Source: Macrostomum hystrix
Lineage: Eukaryota > Animalia > Platyhelminthes
DNA: 64,000 nt
Direction: 5' to 3'
Assembly (NCBI GenBank): GCA_950097015.1
Contig: CATNEN010000029.1
Location: 682,001 to 746,000 of the forward strand
Shown here: positions 1-19,963 of the stretch, piece after piece
Layout of the letters: each line of letters begins with the position of its first letter
How positions within the stretch are numbered: the first letter of the stretch is position 1
Notes under the pieces: model-generated
Seen by the model: the letters and a program-made list of their open reading frames with translations, nothing else
Told to the model about the DNA's origin: nothing
Database searches by the model: none
Program-made: the position numbers and the translations under genes

Positions 1-355
1 ACTCATTGAAGCGATAAAATCTTAGCAGACAGAAATTAATTGACAAGGATAAACTCTGCAGTCAGCGATGAGATTGCTGATTTCTGACTGGCTTTGTCGA
101 TTTCTCTTAGCTTAATTGTGTACTAACATTGCGCGATTCCATTTTTTACCGAGATGCCTGCATTGTTGTTCAGTTTTATTTTCTTCCACCCCAAAATCTG
201 ATGAAAATGTCAAATCTGCTGCTCAATTCATTGTTTATTATCTGTTTGACCAAGTACCCTCATTTTTTTAGCTTTTTCTCCTAACATTCTGTGTCTTGTT
301 CCAACAAAGTTCCTATGTCCAAATTTTTTGCGGCCTCCTAAATACCCTTAGTTAC

Positions 356-785
356 CCGATTCCATCGCCTAAATCCTCACTAAGATTCCCAATCCCATCT
401 CCAAAATCCTCACCAAGATCCTAATCCCATCTCCTAAATCCTCACCAAGATTCCCAATCCCATTTCCTAAATCCTCACCAAGATCCTAATCCCATTTCCT
501 AAATTCTCACTAAGATTCCTAATCCCATTTCCTAAATCCTCACCAAGATCCTAATCCCATTTCCTAAATTATTACTAAGATTCCTAATCCCATTTCCTAA
601 ATCCTCACCAAGATCCTAATCCGATTTCCTAAATCCTCACCAAGATCCTAATCCCATCTCCAAAATCCTCACCAAGATTCCCAATCCCATTTCCTAAATC
701 CTCACCAAGATCCTAATCCCATTTCCTAAATCCTCACCAAGATTCCTAATCCCATCTCCTAAATCCTCACCAAGATCCCAAATCC
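356..785 (+). repeat. About 32-33 bp minisatellite (aatcccatttcctaaatcctcaccaagatcct) in the last intron of the zinc-finger gene
   Basis: About 13 tandem degenerate copies visible. Confidence 0.9.
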
Positions 786-855
786 TATTTTCTACCTCCA
801 CACTGACGTTCCCCGCTCCTTCTAAATCCCCAATTACATTCCCATCTCCCCGCAG

Positions 856-1057
856 GTCGGACCACCTGACTACGCACCATCGCACGCACACAGGCGTGAA
901 GCCGTACTCATGTCCACACTGCAGCTACTCCGCCTGTCGCAAGGACATGATTAATCGGCACATGAAGGTGCACGCTGACACCTCTGCATCAGCGGCACCT
1001 ACTATTAGTAGCAGCTCCGGTACAGGCACCGCCAGCCTTTCGGTTGCCTCTTCATGA
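856..1057 (+). CDS. klu: Terminal coding exon of a klumpfuss-like (EGR/WT1-related) C2H2 zinc-finger transcription factor; upstream exons lie 5' of the window
   Basis: Acceptor ccccgcag|856. Translation (R)SDHLTTHHRTHTGVKPYSCPHCSYSACRKDMINRHMKVH..., then an S/A/T-rich tail and TGA at 1055-1057. RSDHLxTH and the ACRxDMIxRH last finger match my recollection of the klumpfuss family. Not in the ORF track. Confidence 0.8.
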
Positions 1058-1157
1058 AGCATCAAAGCATCAATGCGGGTTGCACTCCACAGCTGCGCGA
1101 TTTTGCACATCTGCATTAGTTAACTACTTATCATTCTAAATCAAAACTGTTAGTGGC

Positions 1158-1712
1158 CAGTCTAATGACTCAAGGAATGATCGGGAAATGACCAGTTTAA
1201 TGACTCTGGATTAACTGAGAAATGACCAGTCTAATGACTCGGGAGTGATCAGGAAATGACAAGTCTAATGACTCGAGGAGTGATCGGGAAATTACCTGTC
1301 TAATGACTCGGGAGTAACTGGGTAATGACCAGTCTAATGACTCGGGAGTAACTGGGTAATGACCAGTCTAATGACTCGGGAGTAACTGGGAAATGACCAG
1401 TCTAATGACTCAGGAGTGATCGGGAAATTACCTGTCTAATGACTCGGGAGTAACTGGGAAATGGCCAGTCTAATGACTCTGGAGTAACTGGGAAATGACC
1501 AGTCTAATGACTCAGGAGTGATCGGGAAATTACCTGTCTAATGACTCGGGAGTAACTGGGAAATGGCCAGTCTAATGACTCGGGAGTAACTGGGTAATGA
1601 CCAGTCTAATGACTCGGGAGTAACTGGGTAATGACCAGTCTAATGACTCGGGAGTAACTGGGAAATGGCCAGTCTAATGACTCAGGAGTAACTGGGAAAT
1701 GACCAGTCTAAG
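1158..1712 (+). repeat. 34 bp minisatellite (agtctaatgactcgggagtaactgggaaatgacc) downstream of the zinc-finger stop
   Basis: About 16 tandem copies. Confidence 0.92.
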
Positions 1713-2413
1713 GATTCGTGAAATTCGAATTACATGTTGATTTTCGCCTACTTCTTTGAATCGTTTTTTTTAGTAAACCATGGGCTTCGGCCTCTTTAAG
1801 CAAAATGTGTTCATTAATGTAAAAGAAAATCTAAGCATTGATATGTTCATACTTTTAAGATTTTTTCTTTTATTCTCCCAATGGATATTTTTGTTGAACC
1901 TGTTTTATTTTTGTTGTATATTGGCTTCATTCTGCGCCCTTGATCATTACCTAAACTTGCCTGCCTTGTGCTTATGGAATGATGGCAATTGATTGACATC
2001 AAAGAAACTTTAATCTTGGCAATTAATTTATGAGAGATGGCTGGAACATCTCTCTTGCTAATTATCGTACATATGCTTTGTTTTCTCATTTGTTATTTAA
2101 TTAGTCTTCTCATTGTCAATCTGTTGTCGATTCGCTTTGATGTATATGGCCCCTCCAAGAATTCTGGCTAAAAGTGTTCTGTTTTTTTATCGAATATTTG
2201 AAATTGAATTTCACCATCTTTACCTGAAATGGGCGTTGGCATCATTGTGACTAATTATTGTATTTTATTGTATAGATCAAATATAACAAAAAAACGTTGA
2301 CAGACTGTCTTCTTTGACTTCCATTCTTTTAATTAGGCTCATGTCCTTTCACTGTCCTTATGTCTTGTTATATAACAAGGTTTTATTACCTGTATCAATC
2401 TAGAAGCTATACT

Positions 2414-3512
2414 AACAGGCATCTGATACAGTCCGTATCCAGCTAACAGGCATATGATACAGTCCGTATCCAGCTAACAGGCATCTGATACAGTCCGTAT
2501 CCAGCTAACAGGCATCTGATACAGTCCGTATCCTGCTAACAGGCATCTGATACAGTCCGTATCTAGCTAACAGGCATATGATACAGTCCGTATCCTGCTA
2601 ACAGGCATCTGATACAGTCCGTATCCAGCTAACAGGCATATGATACAGTCCGTATCCAGCTAACAGGCATCTGATACAGTCCGTATCCAGCTAACAGGCA
2701 TCTGATACAGTCCGTATCCTGCTAACAGGCATCTGATACAGTCCGTATCCAGCTAACAGGCATATGATACAGTCCGTATCCAGCTAACAGGCATCTGATA
2801 CAGTCCGTATCCAGCTAACAGGCATATGATACAGTCCGTATCCAGCTAACAGGCATCTGATACAGTCCGTATCCAGCTAACAGGCATCTGATACAGTCCG
2901 TATCCAGCTAACAGGCATATGATACAGTCCGTATCCAACTAACATGCATCTGATACAGTCCGTATCCAACTAACAGGCATCTGATACAGTCCGTATCCAA
3001 CTAACAGGCATCTGATACAGTCCGTATCCAACTAACAGGCATCTGATACAGTCCGTATCTAGCTAACAGGCATATGATACAGTCCGTATCCTGCTAACAG
3101 GCATCTGATACAGTCCGTATCCAGCTAACAGGCATCTGATACAGTCCGTATCCAACTAACAGGCATCTGATACAGTCCGTATCCAACTAACAGGCATCTG
3201 ATACAGTCCGTATCCAGCTAACAGGTATCTGATACAGTCCGTATCCTGCTAACAGGCATCTGATACAGTCCGTATCCAGCTAACAGGCATCTGATACAGT
3301 CCGTATCCAACTAACAGGCATCTGATACAGTCCGTATCCTGCTAACAGGCATCTGATACAGTCCGTATCCTGCTAACAGGCATCTGATACAGTCCGTATC
3401 CTGCTAACAGGCATCTGATACAGTCCGTATCCTGCTAACAGGCATCTGATACAGTCCGTATCCTGCTAACAGGCATCTGATACAGTCCGTATCCAACTAA
3501 CAGGCATCTGAT
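2414..3512 (+). repeat. 31 bp minisatellite (agctaacaggcatctgatacagtccgtatcc)
   Basis: About 35 near-identical copies; internal GATAC-n5-GTATC dyad. Confidence 0.95.
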
Positions 3513-4466
3513 ACTTGTATGGGCATGATACAGTTATTTGTATCTAACACAAATGACTGCTGATTGTCCAGAAAAGCAGTGCCGTCCATACCGCTGACTT
3601 CTGAACACACGCACGCACACAGATACGGTACACACGCACACAAAAACTGACGTTAAAATTGTCAGGCAGTGCACGTTACCACTGGCCCTCATCGGTGTAT
3701 ATAGCATGACAATACCCCAAGCTTTCTCTCCGCCGCTGCGCCCAAAATGCAAGTGGCTTTACTGCGGAATCGAGCTCGGGCGCAGACGCTTGAACCGATC
3801 TGCCACTTACCCGTACTACCTAGACACTGTCTAATTTTTTTTGGCTTTTAATGATTTTTTTCCAAGCTTTCTCTAGTGTTTTGCAGCGCTAATCAAAGCG
3901 AGATTTACTGCTTTTCAGTTAGTCAGTTATAGCTGTATTATTTAGTATTTGCTTTCATAAGCAGCGCCTTCGCACTTGCTTCAAGTGGGTTATTAAGTGC
4001 TGCTCGAAGAACAAATGTCGGATTACAGTGCATACTCGTAGCTGCTGACTGATTAAAAAAGCTGCTTCCAATAGAGTGCGGCAGTTTTTAAACCTAATTT
4101 TTTTCTTGGATAGGAATGTCCAATCTGCACAGACTGCTGCATTTACGAGCAATGCCTATTGTCGCAAACACTTCAAATCAAAATTTTCTGTTGCCTTTTG
4201 TCATGAAATGTGAGACCCTGGAAACAGCGAGTACTTTTATCATCGAAATCGGTAATTAAACTAATTTCTCACCTCTCTATGACACCTTTGGTTTCCGTGA
4301 TCTGCGGAATCTAATTTTCGAATTTATTTTTAAGGGTCCTGAGTTCGAATCCTCGGTGAGGACGCATGAACCTTAGACGCAGTGTTAAAGATGGAGCTAG
4401 TAAAATAACTATAAATATTTACTATGAACTATCGAAGGCGCATCCATGGCTACACCCTAGATTAAT

Positions 4467-4532
4467 GTGGCCTCGCCGCGGATTTGAGCTCAGGACTGAG
4501 GTGCAAGAGTCGGGTGTGTTACGGCTGCGCCA
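4467..4532 (-). mobile_element. tRNA-like (probable SINE) fragment
   Basis: Reverse complement gtggcgcagccgtaac...gagctcaaatccgc has A-box and B-box-like motifs. Similar fragments at about 3745-3815 (-) and 4333-4365 (+, gagttcgaatcc). No complete cloverleaf. Confidence 0.4.
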
Positions 4533-4773
4533 CTTATAACTAGTGCATATGTACACCTCTGTGTGGGTGTGTACCCAAGTACAACATGTAACTATTCTTG
4601 TGCGCTGTACTTAGAATTACGAGTATTAATGATCGGTTTAATAAAATTTCAGCGTTTAACTAAGAGAACGCCCGGCCCTGACTGTGGCCTCACTAACCAG
4701 CAGTAAGCCCATTTTGGCAGGTTATTAATTGCGCAAACTGTTACCTGCGCTATTGCTATTCCACAGCGTCATC

Positions 4774-10532
<5,759 letters not shown>

Positions 10533-10689
10533 GTGCTGCGTCTTGCCGCTGCCAAAACATTTCTGACTTATTGCTGTTTCTTTTTGCCTTTGCTGTTTGT
10601 TAACTCGCGAGGCTCGCTGCGCTGTTTGTTTTATATGCTGACGCATTCGTTACAAAAACTAATCATTTAAGAAACTTTTTAGCGCATCA

Positions 10690-13155
10690 GAATCTGACAA
10701 TCTACCAACTCTGACAGAATCTACCAAGCCTGACAGAATCTACCAACTCTGACAAAATCTACCAAATCTGACAGAATCTACCAAATCTGACAGAATCCAC
10801 CAAATCTGACAGAATCGACCAAATCAAACAGAATCTACCATACCTGACAGAATCTACCATACCTGACAGAATCTACCATACCTGACAGAATCTACCATAC
10901 CTGACAGAATCTACCATACCTGACAGAATCTACCATACCTGACAGAATCTACCATACCTGACAGAATCTACCATACCTGACAGAATCTACCATACCTGAC
11001 AGAATCTACCATACCTGACAGAATCTACCATACCTGACAGAATCTACCATACCTGACAGAATCTACCATACCTGACAGAATCTACCATACCTGACAGAAT
11101 CTACCATAACTGACAGAATCTACCATACCTGACAGAATCTACCATACCTGACAGAATCTACCATACCTGACAGAATCTACCATACCTGACAGAATCTACC
11201 ATACCTGACAGAATCTACCATACCTGACAGAATCTACCATACCTGACAGAATCTACCATACCTGACAGAATCTACCATACCTGACAGAATCTACCATACC
11301 TGACAGAATCTACCATACCTGACAGAATCTACCATACCTGACAGAATCTACCAACTCTGACAGAATCTACCAAGCCTGACAGAATCTACCAAGCCTGACA
11401 GAATCTACCAACTCTGACAAAATCTACCAAATCTGACAGAATCCACCAAATCTGACAGAATCTACCAAATCTGACAGAATCCACCAAATCTGACAGAATC
11501 CACCAAATCTGACAGAATCCACCAAATCTGACAGAATCCACCAAATCTGACAGAATCCACCAAATCTGACAGAATCTACCATAACTGACAGAATCTACCA
11601 TACCTGACAGAATCTACCATACCTGACAGAATCTACCATACCTGACAGAATCTACCATACCTGACAGAATCTACCATACCTGACAGAATCTACCATACCT
11701 GACAGAATCTACCATAACTGACAGAATCCACCAAATTTGACAGAATCCACCAAATCTGACAGAATCCACCAAATCTGACAGAATCCACCAAATCTGACAG
11801 AATCCACCAAATCTGACAGAATCCACCAAATCTGACAGAATCTACCAAATCTGACAGAATCTACCAAATCTGACAGAATCCACCAAATCTGACAGAATCC
11901 ACCAAATCTGACAGAATCCACCAAGTCTGACAAAATCTACCAAATCTGACAGAATCCACCAAATCTGACAGAATCCACCAAATCTGACAGAATCCACCAA
12001 ATCTGACAGAATCCACCAAATCTGACAGAATCCACCAAATCTGACAGAATCCACCAAATTTGACAGAATCCACCAAATCTGACAGAATCCACCAAATCTG
12101 ACAGAATCCACCAAATCTGACAGAATCCACCAAATCTGACAGAATCCACCAAATCTGACAGAATCCACCAAATCTGACAGAATCCACCAAATCTGACAGA
12201 ATCCACCAAATCTGACAGAATCCACCAAATCTGACAGAATCCACCAAATCTGACAGAATCTACCAAATCTGACAGAATCCACCAAATCTGACAGAATCCA
12301 CCAAATCTGACAGAATCCACCAAATCTGACAGAATCCACCAAATCTGACAGAATCCACCAAATCTGACAGAATCCACCAAATCTGACAGAATCCACCAAA
12401 TCTGACAGAATCTACCAAATCTGACAGAATCCACCAAATCTGACAGAATCCACCAAATCGTACAGAATCCACCAAATCTGACAGAATCCACCAAATCTGA
12501 CAGAATCCACCAAATCTGACAGAATCCACCAAATCTGACAGAATCCACCAAATCTGACAGAATCCACCAAATCTGACAGAATCTACCAAATCTGACAGAA
12601 TCTACCAAATCTGACAGAACAAGCCCTAATCTGACAGAATCCACCAAATCTGACAGAATCCACCAAATCTGACAGAACAAGCCCTAATCTGACAGAATCC
12701 ACCAAATCTGACAGAATCTACCAAATCTGACAGAACAAGCCCTAATCTGACAGAATCTACCAAATCTGACAGAATCCACCAAATCTGACAGAATCCACCA
12801 AATCTGACAGAGCAAGCCCTAATCTGACAGAATCCACCAAATCTGACAGAATCTACCAAATCTGACAGAATCCACCAAATCTGACAGAATCCACCAAATC
12901 TGACAGAATCCACCAAATCTGACAGAATCTACCAAATCTGACAGAACAAGCCCTAATCTGACAGAATCCACCAAATCTGACAGAATCCACCAAATCTGAC
13001 AGAACAAGCCCAAATCTGACAGAATCCACCAAATCTGACAGAACAAGCCCAAATCTGACAGAATCCACCAAATCTGACAGAATCCACCAAATCTGACAGA
13101 ATCCACCAAATCTGACAGAACAAGCCCTAATCTGACAGAACAAGCCCTAATCTGA
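10690..13155 (+). repeat. 19 bp minisatellite (ctgacagaatccaccaaat / ctgacagaatctaccatac) downstream of AMPK
   Basis: About 130 copies arranged in homogenised variant blocks. Confidence 0.95.
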
Positions 13156-14009
13156 AAGAGGCTGAAAGAAATATTTTAATTTAGCCAGCGCTAATCCAAA
13201 AGCAATGCGAGACTCGTCCACCATTGTTATAAACCTGTATTTTCAAGTATTGGTGTCATAGTCTATCGGTAAAGTCACGGAATTATTGCTCTGGGCACTT
13301 TCGCATACTATACTATTGTGAAACCACTTTCACTTTGCAAGTTTTTACCCTTCACTTAAAACAGATTATACTACCTTGTATAAGTACTTAGGTGTAGTAC
13401 TGCAAGTAGTTGATTCATATTAGATTTTTTACTATCAATCAAAGTTTCCACATGCTTGGCCGGTAATTGTGAATGAAATGACGAGCAATTGTTGCGATTT
13501 GTTTTATTCCTCCTAGCTGTTGCAACTCTGATCCTTGATATTTCAAGTAAGAATTTAGATTTTGTCTCATTAACCATTTTTCGCTTCGTATTTTTGGAAA
13601 TATCGTTTTTTCATTCGATCGTCTCCACTGCTTCAGGAAGGCTTTTTTTTGCATTATAAATAATCATTATTTTTTTAGTTTCGAGCTCATTAGCGTCATC
13701 CAGGGAGTATAGATTATGTTATTAATTAGTGAAACACCTTGCGTACTAGCTCTATTTTTTAACCTACTATAGCAGTAGTATGTGCAGCTGCATGCATTTC
13801 GGCCTTACTTTGCTATCGCTATTAATATCGCTTAAATATCTCTGATATAAATTGCAGATCTCTGTTTTTCTTGAGCAGTACATTCACCATTTTTGAGCAA
13901 TTTTTTATGTGATAAATTATCATTGTTGGCAAAGCAGCTCTTGGCTGCACAATCCAGCACCCTGTGGCTAACGAACCCGGGTATGCCGGGCCGACAAGGG
14001 GTAAACATT

Positions 14010-14335
14010 ATGATCCCCTATCCTTATGACCCCCACTGTCCTCATTACCCCAGATCCTTATTACCCCTGACTTATTACCCTCACTGACCTCATTACCCCA
14101 GATCCTTATGACCCCCACTGTCCTCATTACCCCAGATCCTTATTACCCCTGACTTATTACCCCCACTGACCTCATTACCCCAGATCCTTATTACCCCTGA
14201 CTTATGACCCCCACTGACCTCATTACCCCAGATCCTTATGACCCCCCACTGACCTCATTACCCCAGATCCTTATGACCCCCACTGTCCTCATTACCCCAC
14301 GATCCTTATCATCCCTTTCTTCGTTATTACCCCAA
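14010..14335 (+). repeat. C-rich minisatellite (ccccactgtcctcattaccccagatccttat); short extra copy at about 14800-14860
   Basis: Tandem degenerate copies. Confidence 0.85.
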
Positions 14336-15177
14336 GATGCGCCACTGCGTACACATTGCAGCCCTACAGAATGGCTGGCACCTCAGTTTCTCATTTAAAA
14401 CAGTTCCTTCTAAAAAACTATATGTTTTCGGTAATTAAATCCGTTATTTTCTGTTCGTTGATTAGCATTTTCCTGTAGTTTAGATTGTAATTTTTTACCA
14501 TCGCTGTGTCGTTCGTTAAAAAAACTTTTAATGCAGTTATTTGGTTGAAAAAAAATCAATTTTGCTCTTTCGATACTACTTTTTTATATTTTTGCAAGTA
14601 GTGCTGTGCTTTACTAGTTAGTTTATTACTGTCTAAGACTTGATTAATTTTGTCAACGCCGTTCTGTTTATTTCAACGAACTGTACAAAAATGTACACCT
14701 TGCCTTAAAGCATTGACTTCTAGCACAATTCTATTATTGTAGAGTTCTTAGATTATATTTTATCATCAAAACTACGAGTATGTCCTTTTTGTCACTTAAG
14801 TGACCCCAGATCCTTATTACCCCCACTGTCCTCATTACCCCTAATCCTTATTACCCCCCAATGTTAATTAAAACAGCATGGCTTTAGTTTAATTTGCTAT
14901 AATAAATAAATATCCAAAGTAACATTACATTACATTTTATATTATACAGCAAGTAATTGCCAGCGAAATTCATTTAGAATGGATTCTAGCTGATGCCATT
15001 AAAATACTTTCGTTAGATTTGCTACTAAATATATTCTCTGCTTGGTTTTTTTCCTCCTAATACTAATGTGAAAGTTTATATGTAGCATATGTAGCTCAAT
15101 TAACGTATTACATCCCTCAAAATCTCCTTCGATGAGAATCTCATTCGTGGAATTGAGATTCGTATAAAAATGCCTAC

Positions 15178-17292
15178 AAAATCCCCTCCTAACTGAAAAT
15201 CAATCCCCAGACAATCCCCTTCTAACTGAAAATCAATCCCCAGATAATCCCCCTCCTAACTGAAAATCGATCCCCAGATAATCCCCTCCTAACTGAGAGT
15301 CGATCCCCAGACAATCCCCTTCTAACTGAAAATCAATCCCCAGATAATCCCCTCCTAACTGAGAATCAATCCCCAGACAATCCCCTTCTAACTGAAAATC
15401 AATCCCCAGATAATCCCCTCCTAACTGAAAATCAATCCCCAGATAATCCCCTCCTAACTGAGAATCAATCCCCAGATAATTCCCTCCTAACTGAAAATCA
15501 ATCCCCAGATAATCGCCCTCCTAACTGAAAATCAAGCCCCAGATAATCCCCTCCTAACTGAAAATCAATCCCCAGATAATCCCCTCCTAACTGAGAGTCA
15601 AGCCCCAGATAATCCCCTTCTAACTGAAAATCAATCCCCAGATAATCCCCTCCTAACTGAGAGTCAAGCCCCAGACAATCCCCTTCTAACTGAAAATCAA
15701 TCCCCAGATAATCCCCTCCTGCCTGAGAATCAATCCCCAGATAATCCCCTCCTAACTGAAAATCAATCCCCAGAAAATCCCCTCCTAACTGAGAGTCAAG
15801 CCCCAGATAATCCCCTCCTAACTGAGAGTCAAGCCCCAGACAATCCCCTTCTAACTGAAAATTAATCCCCAGACAATCCCCTCCTAACTGAGAATCAATC
15901 CCCAGACAATCCCCTTCTAACTGAAAATCAATCCCCAGACAATCCCCTTCTAACTGAAAATCAATCCCCAGACAATCCCCTTCTAACTGAAAATCAATCC
16001 ACAGATAATCCCCTCCTAACTGAAAATCAATCCCCAGATAATCGCCCTCCTAACTGAGAGTCAATCCCCAGATAATCCCCTCCTAACTGAAAATCAATCC
16101 CCAGATAATCCCCTCCTAACTGAGAGTCAATCCCCAGATAATCCCCTTCTAACTGAAAATCAAACCCCAGATAATCCCCTCCTAACTGAGAGTCAAGCCC
16201 TAGACAATCCCCTTCTTACTGAAAATCAATCCCCAGATAATCCCCTCCTGCCTGAGAATCAATCCCCAGATAATCCCCTTCTAACTGAGAGTCAAGCCCG
16301 AGATAATCCCCTCCTAACTGAGAGTCAATCCCCAGATAATCCCCTTCTAACTGAGAGTCAAGCCCCAGATAATCCCCTTCTAACTGAAAATCAATCCCCA
16401 GATAATCCCCTCCTAACTGAGAGTCAAGCCCCAGAAAATCCCCTTCTAACTGAAAATCAATCCCCAGATAATCCCCTCCTAACTGAAAATCAATCCCCAG
16501 ATAATCCCCTTCTAACTGAGAGTCAATCCCCAGATAATCCCCTTCTAACTGAGAGTCAAGCCCCAGACAATCCCCTTCTAACTGAAAATCAATCCCCAGA
16601 TAATCCCCTCCTAACTGAGAGTCAATCCCCAGATAATCCCTCCTAACTGAGAGTCAATCCCCAGATAATCCCCTTCTAACTGAGAGTCAAGCCCCAGACA
16701 ATCCCCTTCTAACTGAAAATCAATCCCCAGATAATCCCCTCCTAACTGAGAGTCAATCCCCAGATAATCCCCTTCTAATTGAGAGTCAAGCCCCATACAA
16801 TCCCCTTCTAACTGAAAATCAATCCCCAGAAAATCCCCTCCTAACTGAGAGTCAAGCCCCAGATAATCCCCTCCTAACTGAGAGTCAAGCCCCAGACAAT
16901 CCCCTTCTAACTGAAAATTAATCCCCAGACAATCCCCTCCTAACTGAGAATCAATCCCCAGACAATCCCCTTCTAACTGAAAATCAATCCCCAGACAATC
17001 CCCTTCTAACTGAAAATCAATCCCCAGACAATCCCCTTCTAACTGAAAATCAATCCACAGATAATCCCCTCCTAACTGAAAATCAATCCCCAGATAATCG
17101 CCCTCCTAACTGAGAGTCAATCCCCAGATAATCCCCTCCTAACTGAAAATCAATCCCCAGATAATCCCCTCCTAACTGAGAATCAATCCCCAGATAATCC
17201 CCTCCTAACTGAGAATCAATCCCCAGATAATCCCCTCCTAACTGAGAATCAATCCCCAGATAATCCCCTCCTAACTGAGAATCAATCCCCAG
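15178..17292 (+). repeat. 33 bp minisatellite (ccccagataatcccctcctaactgaaaatcaat), left flank of the Cys-protein gene pair
   Basis: About 64 copies; a distinctive block recurs at an offset of 1056 bp (15771 and 16827). Confidence 0.95.
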
Positions 17293-17524
17293 ACTCACTC
17301 TGATTGAATGATCTAACGGATCATTCTGAAGTGACAGCACATGCTAGTTCTGAAATCACATGCTAGTTATAGACATGCAGCAAAGCATTATGCCAAAAAT
17401 TAAAAGTTTTTGCGATAGGTTTCCACCGTTTATTGAAGCAGCAAGGAAGAGGACTAAAACACAAGGCAGAATATTCAGACCGATAAGCAAATCCCAGAGT
17501 CAAATGACGGTAGCTCAGCAGCTC

Positions 17525-19963
17525 TCACACAACAGTATTGTTCCTGCACTGCATGTGGTACAGGGTGAACGAGTCCATCAGGGTGGGGTCGCTGCCCTCC
17601 ACGCACTTGCAGCTGAGGCTGTCATCGATCACGAAGTCGCCGGGCTCGAAGAACTCTCCATCACGCTCGCAGCCGTTCAGACGGCAGACCCACTCCAGGT
17701 CTTTGCCCCTTCTGCCAAGAAAGTAGTTGTAGCCGCACCTGCACAGATTGTTGCCAACGGTTTTCTCTTCGCCAATCTTGCTGCAGCTATCTGAGCTGTT
17801 GGCAGCGGCGGAGAGGCTGCAATCAAAGGGGAAGCGGTGTCAGGGCTTGGCGGATGTTGCAGAGGCTGCAGTGAGAGGGGAAGCGGGGTCTGGGGTTTTA
17901 TGGATGTTGAGGAAGCTGCAGTGCGAGGGGAAGCGGTGTCTGGGGCTAGGCGGATGTTGCAGAGGCTGCAATCAAAGGGGAAGCGGTGTCAGGGCTTGGC
18001 GGATGTTGCAGAGGCTGCAGTGAGAGGGGAAGCGGGGTCTGGGGTTTTATGGATGTTGAGGAAGCTGCAGTGCGAGGGGAAGCGGTGTCTGGGGCTAGGC
18101 GGATGTTGCAGAGGCTGCAGTGAGAGGGGAAGCGGTGTCTGGGACTTGGCGGATGTTGCAGAGGCTGCAGTGAGAGGGGAAGCGGTGTCTGGGGCTTGGC
18201 GGATGTTGCAGAGGCTGCAATGAAAGGGGAAGCGGTGTCTGTGGCTTGATGGATGTTGCAGAGGCTGCAGTGAGAGGGGAAGCGGTGTCTGTGGCTTGAT
18301 GGATGTTGCAGAGGCTGCAGTGAGAGGGGAAGCGGTGTCTGGGGCTAGGCGGATGTTGCAGAGGCTGCAGTGAGAGGGGAAGCGGTGTCTGGGGCTAGGC
18401 GGATGTTGCAGAGGCTGCAGTGAGAGGGGAAGCGGTGTCTGGGACTTGGCGGATGTTGCAGAGGCTGCAGTGAGAGGGGAAGCGGTGTCTGGGGCTTGGC
18501 GGATGTTGCAGAGGCTGCAATGAAATTGGAAGCGGTGTCTGTGGCTTGATGGATGTTGCAGAGGCTGCAGTGAGAGGGGAAGCGGTGTCTGTGGCTTGAT
18601 GGATGTTGCAGAGGCTGCAGTGAGAGGGGAAGCGGTGTCTGGGGCTAGGCGGATGTTGCAGAGGCTGCAGTGAGAGGGGAAGCGGTGTCTGGGGCTAGGC
18701 GGATGTTGCAGAGGCTGCAGTGAGAGGGGAAGCGGTGTCTGGGACTTGGCGGATGTTGCAGAGGCTGCAGTGAGAGGGGAAGCGGAGTCAGGGGCTTGGC
18801 GGATGTTGCAGAGGCTGCAGTGAGAGGGGAAGCGGTGTCTGTGGCTTGATGGATGTTGCAGAGGCTGCAGTGAGAGGGGAAGCGGTGTCTGTGGCTTGAT
18901 GGATGTTGCAGAGGCTGCAGTGAGAGGGGAAGCGGTGTCTGGGGCTAGGCGGATGTTGCAGAGGCTGCAGTGAGAGGGGAAGCGGTGTCAGGGCTTGGCG
19001 GATGTTGCAGAGGCTGCAGTGAGAGGGGAAGCGGTGTCTGTGGCTTGATGGATGTTGCAGAGGCTGCAGTGAGAGGGGAAGCGGTGTCTGTGGCTTGATG
19101 GATGTTGCAGAGGCTGCAGTGAGAGGGGAAGCGGTGTCTGGGGCTAGGCGGATGTTGCAGAGGCTGCAGTGAGAGGGGAAGCGGTGTCTGGGGCTAGGCG
19201 GATGTTGCAGAGGCTGCAGTGAGAGGGGAAGCGGTGTCTGGGACTTGGCGGATGTTGCAGAGGCTGCAGTGAGAGGGGAAGCGGTGTCTGGGGCTTGGCG
19301 GATGTTGCAGAGGCTGCAATGAAAGGGGAAGCGGTGTCTGTGGCTTGATGGATGTTGCAGAGGCTGCAGTGAGAGGGGAAGCGGTGTCTGGGGCTAGTCG
19401 AATGTTGCAGTGGCTGCAATGAAAGGGGAAGCGGTGTCTGTGGCTTGATGGATGTTGCAGAGGCTGCAGTGAGAGGGGAAGCGGTGTCTGGGACTTGGCG
19501 GATGTTGCAGAGGCTGCAGTGAGAGGGGAAGCGGTGTCTGGGACTTGGCGGATGTTGCAGAGGCTGCAGTGAGAGGGGAAGCGGAGTCAGGGGCTTGGCG
19601 GATGTTGCAGAGGCTGCAGTGAGAGGGGAAGCGGTGTCTGTGGCTTGATGGATGTTGCAGAGGCTGCAGTGAGAGGGGAAGCGGTGTCTGGGGCTAGGCG
19701 GATGTTGCAGAGGCTGCAGTGAGAGGGGAAGCGGTGTCTGGGGCTTTTGCATTTTGCGAGGCCTTCTAAACATGGATATGATAATAGAGATTGCGGCAAA
19801 CCGAATCATCTGTTCTACATACTTAACGCACCTACCCTGGAATCTGAGTCCCCGGCGCTAAACAATGTCTAGAATCGCCAGTGTCCGAGGGCAAGCTACA
19901 GCAGAGCTGACGGACTTACCAAGCAGCCAGGATGGCGGCAGTCAGGAGCGCAGTCGAGTTCAT
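17525..19963 (-). CDS. Orphan secreted cysteine-rich protein A (111 aa; signal peptide plus 8-Cys FnI/VWC-like double module)
   Basis: Exon 1 19963-19920 (MNSTALLTAAILAAC; donor gtaagt) and exon 2 17816-17525 (acceptor ttgattgcag; TGA). Mature part SSDSCSKIGEEKTVGNNLCRCGYNYFLGRRGKDLEWVCRLNGCERDGEFFEPGDFVIDDSLSCKCVEGSDPTLMDSFTLYHMQCRNNTVV. Cys spacing, phase-2 junction and upstream TATA are conserved with the paralog at 21065. Confidence 0.85.
17811..19745 (-). repeat. 50 bp minisatellite whose unit is the 3' splice site (cttcccctctcactgcag|cctct); intron of gene A
   Basis: About 39 copies; same unit as the 5 copies in the intron of gene B. Confidence 0.95.

Noticed and set aside
4761-4773. 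Spliced-leader trans-splice acceptor just before the AMPK ATG
   Set aside because: A cis donor gtaagc at 4703 explains it as a 64-nt 5'UTR intron
17360-17794. 144-aa (+) ORF, and the 85-aa (-) ORF at 21537-21794
   Set aside because: Antisense shadows of the real Cys-protein exons
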